From Gemmatimonadaceae bacterium (GTDB taxonomy: Bacteria > Gemmatimonadota > Gemmatimonadetes > Gemmatimonadales > Gemmatimonadaceae), in the NCBI GenBank assembly GCA_040901985.1, contig JBBDYC010000004.1, positions 1 to 51,525 on the forward strand: a DNA stretch of 51,525 nt. Direction: 5' to 3'. The notes beneath the pieces were generated by a model that saw only the letters and a program-made list of their open reading frames with translations, had not been told where the DNA came from and searched no databases. A program made the translations under genes and the position numbers. Shown here piece after piece: positions 46,419 to 51,525 of this stretch. Every line of letters starts with the position of its first letter. Within the stretch, counting starts at the first letter, position 1.

Positions 46419-47388
46419 ACATCACCTGTTTGACGGCGGCAATCGTCTTGGCCACGTCCGGCTTGGCCGCCTTTTCGAGGGCCTTGGCATAGGGCATCGG
46501 GACGTCCGCCTGGTGCACGCGGATCACCGGGGCGTCGAGATCGTCGAAGCAGTCGCGCTGGATGTAGTCCACCACCTGCGCGCCGATCCCCGCGACCTCC
46601 CACCCCTCCTCCAGCACCACCGCGCGATTGGTCTTCCGCACCGACGCGGTGATGGCCGCGATGTCCATCGGACGCACGGTGCGGAGGTCCACGACGTCCA
46701 CGCGGATCCCGTCCTTGGCGAGCTGGTCGGCGGCGTTCATCGCAACGAGGACCATCTTGCCGAACGTGATGATTGAGCAATGGTCGCCCTCGCGCTTGAG
46801 GTCGGCCTTGCCAATCGGGACGATGTAGTCGTCCTCGGGCACTTCGCCCTTGCTGTTGTAAAGCATCTCCCCCTCGAGCACGATCACCGGATTGTCGTCG
46901 CGAATGGCCGCCTTCAGGAGGCCCTTGGCGTCGTAGGGCGTGCCGGGCGTGACGACCTTGAGACCCGGAATATGGGCGAGCCACGACTCCCAGGCCTGCG
47001 AATGCTGCGCCGAGAGTTGGAGCGCGGCGCCGTTGGGCCCGCGGAAGACCATCGGGATCGGGTATTGCCCGCCCGACATATAGAGCATCTTCGCCGCCGC
47101 ATTCACGACTTGGTCGAGGGCGAGAAGGGCGAAGTTCCAGGACATGAACTCGATGATCGGCCGCAGCCCGACCATCGCCGCGCCGACGCCGACGCCAGCA
47201 AAGCCAAGCTCGGTGATCGGCGTGTCCACCACGCGCATCTCGCCGAACTCCTCGAGCAGTCCCTTCGACACCTTGTACGCGCCGTTGTAGACGCCGACTT
47301 CCTCGCCCATCAGGAACACCCGGTCGTCGCGGGCCATCTCCTCGCGATGGGCTTGGAGGAGCGCTTCGCGGTACGTGATGACGGCCAT
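46408..47388 (-). CDS. pdhB: Pyruvate dehydrogenase E1 beta
   Basis: MGEEVG, DTPITE, AQHSQ, VDLRTVRP. Confidence 0.95.
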   Translation of the reverse strand: MAVITYREALLQAHREEMARDDRVFLMGEEVGVYNGAYKVSKGLLEEFGEMRVVDTPITELGFAGVGVGAAMVGLRPIIEFMSWNFALLALDQVVNAAAKMLYMSGGQYPIPMVFRGPNGAALQLSAQHSQAWESWLAHIPGLKVVTPGTPYDAKGLLKAAIRDDNPVIVLEGEMLYNSKGEVPEDDYIVPIGKADLKREGDHCSIITFGKMVLVAMNAADQLAKDGIRVDVVDLRTVRPMDIAAITASVRKTNRAVVLEEGWEVAGIGAQVVDYIQRDCFDDLDAPVIRVHQADVPMPYAKALEKAAKPDVAKTIAAVKQVMYVD

Positions 47389-47390
47389 CG

Positions 47391-48404
47391 TCAGTTTCCC
47401 GTTTCCACGAGGACATCCTCGTAGAGCGCCTCGGGCGGAGGCTCGGGGCTCGCGTCAGCGAAGTCCCAGGCGTCCTGCACGACGGTCTTGATGTCCTGCT
47501 CCATCGCCGCGACGTCCGCGTCGGCGAGCTCGTCGGCGTCCACCATCCGCGCCTTGAGGAGGTTGATCGGGTCGCGCTTGAGGTACTCGTCGAGCTCGGC
47601 CTTGGTGCGGTAGGTGCCGCTCACCGCGTCGGACATCGAGTGGCCCATATAGCGATAGGTGCGGATCTCGAGGAGGACCGGCTTGGACTCGCTCCGCGCG
47701 ACGTCGAGCGCGCGGTCCATCGCCTCGCGCACCGCGAAGACGTCCTGCCCGTCCACGTGCTCGCCCGACATCCCCTCGTACGCCTCGGCACGGCGCGAAA
47801 GGTCCTTGATCGCCGCCGACCGCTCGACCGCCGTCCCCATCCCGTACTTGTTGTTCTCGATGATGAAGATGCAGGGGAGCTTCCAGAGCGCCGCCATATT
47901 GAGCGCCTCGTGGAAGGCGCCGGTGTTCACGACCGATTCGCCCATGAAGCAGACGCAGACCTGGTCGCCGCCGCGGTACTTGATGGCGAAGCCGACACCC
48001 GCCGCGAGGGGCACGTGGGCGCCGACGATCCCGTGTCCGCCGAGGAAGTTCAGGTTGCGGTCAAAGAGGTGCATCGAGCCGCCCTTGCCGCGCGAGCAGC
48101 CGTCCACGCGTCCGAAGAGCTCGGCCATCACCGAGCGCGGCGTCATTCCGCGCGCGAGGGCCTGCCCGTGGTCGCGATAGGTCGTGATGACGTAGTCGTC
48201 CGGCCGCAGCATCGAGAGGACGCCGGTGGAGATGGCCTCCTGCCCGATGTAGAGGTGGCAGAAGCCGCCGATCTTCCCGAGCGCGTACGCCTCGCCGACC
48301 TTCTCCTCGAAGCGCCGTTGAAGGAGCATCGAGTGCAGGAGCTCGCGGCGGAGGGTGGCGCTGCCGGGGAGCGACTTGGCGTCGCCCTTCTTCTTCAGGG
48401 CCAT
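47391..48404 (-). CDS. pdhA: Pyruvate dehydrogenase E1 alpha
   Basis: GFCHLYIGQEA, GKGGSMH, TYRYMGHSMSD. Confidence 0.95.
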   Translation of the reverse strand: MALKKKGDAKSLPGSATLRRELLHSMLLQRRFEEKVGEAYALGKIGGFCHLYIGQEAISTGVLSMLRPDDYVITTYRDHGQALARGMTPRSVMAELFGRVDGCSRGKGGSMHLFDRNLNFLGGHGIVGAHVPLAAGVGFAIKYRGGDQVCVCFMGESVVNTGAFHEALNMAALWKLPCIFIIENNKYGMGTAVERSAAIKDLSRRAEAYEGMSGEHVDGQDVFAVREAMDRALDVARSESKPVLLEIRTYRYMGHSMSDAVSGTYRTKAELDEYLKRDPINLLKARMVDADELADADVAAMEQDIKTVVQDAWDFADASPEPPPEALYEDVLVETGN

Positions 48405-48412
48405 CTACGCTC

Positions 48413-49327
48413 TCAGGTGTGGAGGGAGGCCGCCTGGACCTGCTCCCAGGCGTGATACGAGGAGCGCACGAGCGGACCGCTCTCGACGTGCTTGAAGCCC
48501 ATTGCCTTGCCCTCGACGCGGAACATCGTGAACTCGTCGGGCGTGACGTAGCGGTCGAGCCTGATGTGGTCGTCCGACGGCCGGAGGTATTGGCCGAGGG
48601 TGAGGATGTCCACGTCCACCTCGCGCAGGTCGCGCATCGTCTGGAGGACCTCCTCGTTCGTCTCGCCCATCCCGAGGATGATCCCGGTCTTGGTGGGGAT
48701 GTCGGGGGCGAGCCGCTTGCTGACGCGGAAGATCTGCATCACGCGCTCGTAGCGGCCGCCCGGCCGCGCCTTCTTGTAGAGGCGCGGGACGGTCTCGGTG
48801 TTGTGGTTGTAGATCTCCGGGCGTGCCTCGAGCACCGCGCGGACGGAGTCCACGTTCCCCTGGAAGTCGGGGACGAGGACCTCGACCGAGCACCCCGGGA
48901 CGGCCTCGTGCACCTGGCGGATCGTCTCGGCAAAGGCCCAGGCGCCGAAGTCCGGGAGGTCGTCGCGGTCCACGCTCGTGATCACGAGGTGCTGGAGGTT
49001 CATCTTCAGCGCGGCCTCGGCCACCCGGGACGGCTCCGTCGGGTCGAACTTTGGGGGCCGGCCGTGGGCGACGGCGCAGTAGGCGCAGTTCCGGGTGCAG
49101 ACGTCGCCGAGGATCATGAAGGTCGCGGTGCCGTGCTCCCAGCACTCGCCGACGTTGGGGCAGTGCGCCTCCTCGCAGACGGTGTGGAGGTCGAGTTCCT
49201 TCATCATCTGCTTGAGGTGCAGGTATCCCGGGCCGCCCGGAGCCTTGACCTTCAGCCAGGATGGCTTGCGCTCCGGCAGGGGCTCGGAGCGGTGACGGCC
49301 CAGAATCTGATGGAGGACGTCTGGCAT
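48413..49327 (-). CDS. lipA: Lipoyl synthase
   Basis: CEEAHCPNVGEC, CTRNCAYC, VRSSYHA. Confidence 0.96.
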   Translation of the reverse strand: MPDVLHQILGRHRSEPLPERKPSWLKVKAPGGPGYLHLKQMMKELDLHTVCEEAHCPNVGECWEHGTATFMILGDVCTRNCAYCAVAHGRPPKFDPTEPSRVAEAALKMNLQHLVITSVDRDDLPDFGAWAFAETIRQVHEAVPGCSVEVLVPDFQGNVDSVRAVLEARPEIYNHNTETVPRLYKKARPGGRYERVMQIFRVSKRLAPDIPTKTGIILGMGETNEEVLQTMRDLREVDVDILTLGQYLRPSDDHIRLDRYVTPDEFTMFRVEGKAMGFKHVESGPLVRSSYHAWEQVQAASLHT

Positions 49328-49426
49328 GGACGGGAAAGTATGGGTGGGCGAGGAGGGAGTCCAGAGCGAGTAACCGTCTATTTATCTTAATGAAGGTTAT
49401 CCAGTAATTGGGCGGGCCAGGGCTGG

Positions 49427-49453
49427 TGAAACCGCCGGTCAGCAGCGAGCGTA
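49427..49453 (+). promoter_or_regulatory. SigW-like ECF promoter
   Basis: TGAAAC-N17-CGTA, 31 nt upstream of a small membrane ORF. Confidence 0.5.
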
Positions 49454-49484
49454 AGTCCCAGCGACCCCTTCCGGGACCTGACAA

Positions 49485-49703
49485 ATGCTTCGCACCATCT
49501 TCACCATCGGCTTGATCGCGTTCGTCGGCCTCTTCGTCCTGAAGCTCGTCTTCGGGATCCTCGGCGGGCTCTTTGGCCTGATCCTGACGCTGCTCTTCAT
49601 GGCCGTGCCGGTCCTGATCATCGGCGGGCTGATTTACGTCGTGATGTTGGTCTTCGCGCCGGAGACGGCACGCGGCGTGCGCGAGAAGCTCGGCGGGTCC
49701 TGA
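49485..49703 (+). CDS. Small hydrophobic membrane protein
   Basis: 72 aa, two long hydrophobic segments, typical codon usage. Confidence 0.7.
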   Translation: MLRTIFTIGLIAFVGLFVLKLVFGILGGLFGLILTLLFMAVPVLIIGGLIYVVMLVFAPETARGVREKLGGS

Positions 49704-49740
49704 GTCGCCTAGGGAGGCGGTGCTCGGCGCCCGCCCCCCG

Positions 49741-50706
49741 CTAGCCGAGCGCTTCGGCGACGGCCCAGGCGAGGAGCGGGATCATCAGCTCGTGGTGGCC
49801 CGTGATCTCGAAGCCCTCGCCCCCGGCGAGGACGGGGCGCTCGACGACGTTCATCCGCGGCCGGTAGTGTCGCTCCATATCGAAGTCGGCGGCGGTGAAG
49901 TGCGTCGGCTTTCCCGCGTGCAGGTTCCGCGCGACCGTGAGCGCCTTGAGGAAGACCTCCGGCATGATCACCGCGCTGCCGAGGTTCAGGACGACGCCGC
50001 CCTGATGCAGGTCCTCGCAGGCCGCCGCCAGCCGACGGAAGTCGCGGTGGCTCGTCTCGCCGATTGCCGCGCCGTCGGCCGCAGGGTGCTGATGGATGAT
50101 CTCGGCGCCGATTGCCGCGTGCACCGTGACCGGGATCCAAAGGCGGTGCGCGGCGAGGACCACGGACTGCTCCGGATGGGCCAGCGCCTTCTCGGCCTCG
50201 AGTGCCCGCGCCACGGCCTCGCCCATCCCCCAGCCGTGCTTCTGGCCGGCCAGGAACGCCAGGTTGAGGCCACGCCCGGTCTCCTCGGCCATGCCGAAGG
50301 TGCCGTCCTTGAGGCCGGCCGCGACATCCTCCGACGTACCGCCGAAGCGCGCGATCTCATAGTCGTGGATCGCCGCCGAGCCATTCATCGCGAGGTGGGT
50401 GATGACGCCGCGCTGCATCAGGTCAATGAGGAGCGGGGCGATCCCGGTCTTCACGATGTGTCCGCCGAGCATCGCGATGACGCCGCGCTTCTTGCGCGCC
50501 GCGGCGGCGATGGCGTCCACCACGCGACGGAAGTCCTGCGCCTTGAGGACTGCGGGGAGTGAGCGGAGAAAGGCGCCGAAGGAGCGGTCGTCGCCCGGCG
50601 CCGAGGCGAAATCGGCGCTCGCCACCTTGTTGGGCCGCGCGGCGACGGGGACCGTTCGCACCTGGCTGAGGTCTGCCTCTCGCGGCGCGCGGCGCTCGGC
50701 GCTCAC
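49741..50706 (-). CDS. Conserved hypothetical protein, possibly deoxyhypusine-synthase-like fold
   Basis: MLGGHIVKTG, AMNGSAAIHD, GTFGMAEETG, NLGSAVIMPEVFLK, GHHELMIP. Confidence 0.65.
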   Translation of the reverse strand: MSAERRAPREADLSQVRTVPVAARPNKVASADFASAPGDDRSFGAFLRSLPAVLKAQDFRRVVDAIAAAARKKRGVIAMLGGHIVKTGIAPLLIDLMQRGVITHLAMNGSAAIHDYEIARFGGTSEDVAAGLKDGTFGMAEETGRGLNLAFLAGQKHGWGMGEAVARALEAEKALAHPEQSVVLAAHRLWIPVTVHAAIGAEIIHQHPAADGAAIGETSHRDFRRLAAACEDLHQGGVVLNLGSAVIMPEVFLKALTVARNLHAGKPTHFTAADFDMERHYRPRMNVVERPVLAGGEGFEITGHHELMIPLLAWAVAEALG

Positions 50707-51500
50707 GGGGAGGCCGGCGGGTCCGGCGTGACCTCGACTTCGGGGACCGCGGCCGAGAGGCGGAACGACCGGAGGTAGAGGTTGAGCGACCCGAACGAGA
50801 GGCGCGATTTCATCTGCAACATCATCCGCTTGTCGTCGTCGGAGAGCCAGATCTCCGCCTGTCCGCCCTCGGAGAAGATGCCGGGCGTCTTGATGATCGG
50901 CTGGATCACGATCGCCGCAAACTCCCCGGCGGGGACGCGGATGCGTTCGCGGCGCAGGACCCGGATGACCACCGGGTTCCGGTCGGGTTTGAAATAGCGG
51001 TCGAACGAGTAGGTCTCCCCGACCTCGAGGGGGAGCGTGCGCACGAAGAAGAGAAAGGAGCCGTCGTCGAGCGGATCGGGCACCGACGGCCGCTCGGTGC
51101 CGTCGCTGCGTTCGAGTTCGCGGTAGGTGGAGCGCTCGGGGAAGAACTCGTAGGTCCGCTCGCGTTCTCGCGATCCCTGGCTGAGGTCCTGGACGAAGCG
51201 CAACGAGTTGAGCGTGCGGACGTCCATCCAGCTCTGATAGACGTCATTCACCCGGTAGAAGAAGGTGCCGCCGGTGACGCTGAAGCGGACGTGCCAGGCC
51301 GCTCGTCCGCGCACGGTGTCCATTCCGAGGACGCGCATTCGTCCGGTGCCGATCTTGAGGGCGCCGAAGCGCACGTCGTAGGTGAGACTCTCGCCGACTT
51401 CGAAGGGCACCGGCGCGCGCGTCACCTGGCCCTCCACGGGATTGGCGTCGGCGGCGCCGAGCGCGAGGCCGAGCAGCGTGGCCACGACGGGACGGATCAC
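50703..51500 (-). CDS. DUF3108-like secreted protein
   Basis: Signal peptide, PFEVGESLTY, RERIRVPAGEF, IWLSDD. Confidence 0.75.
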   Translation of the reverse strand: MIRPVVATLLGLALGAADANPVEGQVTRAPVPFEVGESLTYDVRFGALKIGTGRMRVLGMDTVRGRAAWHVRFSVTGGTFFYRVNDVYQSWMDVRTLNSLRFVQDLSQGSRERERTYEFFPERSTYRELERSDGTERPSVPDPLDDGSFLFFVRTLPLEVGETYSFDRYFKPDRNPVVIRVLRRERIRVPAGEFAAIVIQPIIKTPGIFSEGGQAEIWLSDDDKRMMLQMKSRLSFGSLNLYLRSFRLSAAVPEVEVTPDPPASP

Positions 51501-51525
51501 GTCGTCGGGCTGGGCGCGCCGCGGC

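Overview
A 51.5 kb window of high-GC bacterial chromosome, most likely Gemmatimonadota (inferred from SusC/SusD-type genes in a GC-rich Gram-negative with waaA, a split atp operon and PSP1/RicT next to metG). The housekeeping backbone is an MlaF-like ABC ATPase, NUDIX, AraC-type regulator, atpAGDC, waaA, DsbA-like, M23 peptidase, metG, PSP1, accA, dnaE, UvrD-like helicase and lipA-pdhABC...lpdA-lipB. Three accessory-looking blocks are embedded in it. (1) 9.5-19 kb: a CAZyme-free SusC/SusD locus with lipoproteins and a barrel-less plug-domain protein, followed by a TPM-nucleotidyltransferase-LemA trio. (2) 27.3-34.9 kb: aminopeptidase, subtilase, a FecA-like receptor with a Fur-like box and a perfect 69-bp in-frame duplication, and a two-component system. 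(3) 39.2-45.1 kb, the best candidate for an undescribed system: a metal/thiol-redox island that separates pdhC from lpdA. It holds an Hg-type MerR with an intact operator, a MerT-like transporter but no MerA, thioredoxin, two AhpD/CMD proteins, a YHS protein, a TVP38-DUF547 fusion, an orphan zinc anti-sigma factor and two matching ECF-type promoters (GGGAAC-N15-GGTCTTG). Several genes also look leaderless. No rRNA, tRNA, CRISPR array, integrase or transposase was recognised. All family calls come from motif recognition by eye, not database searches.
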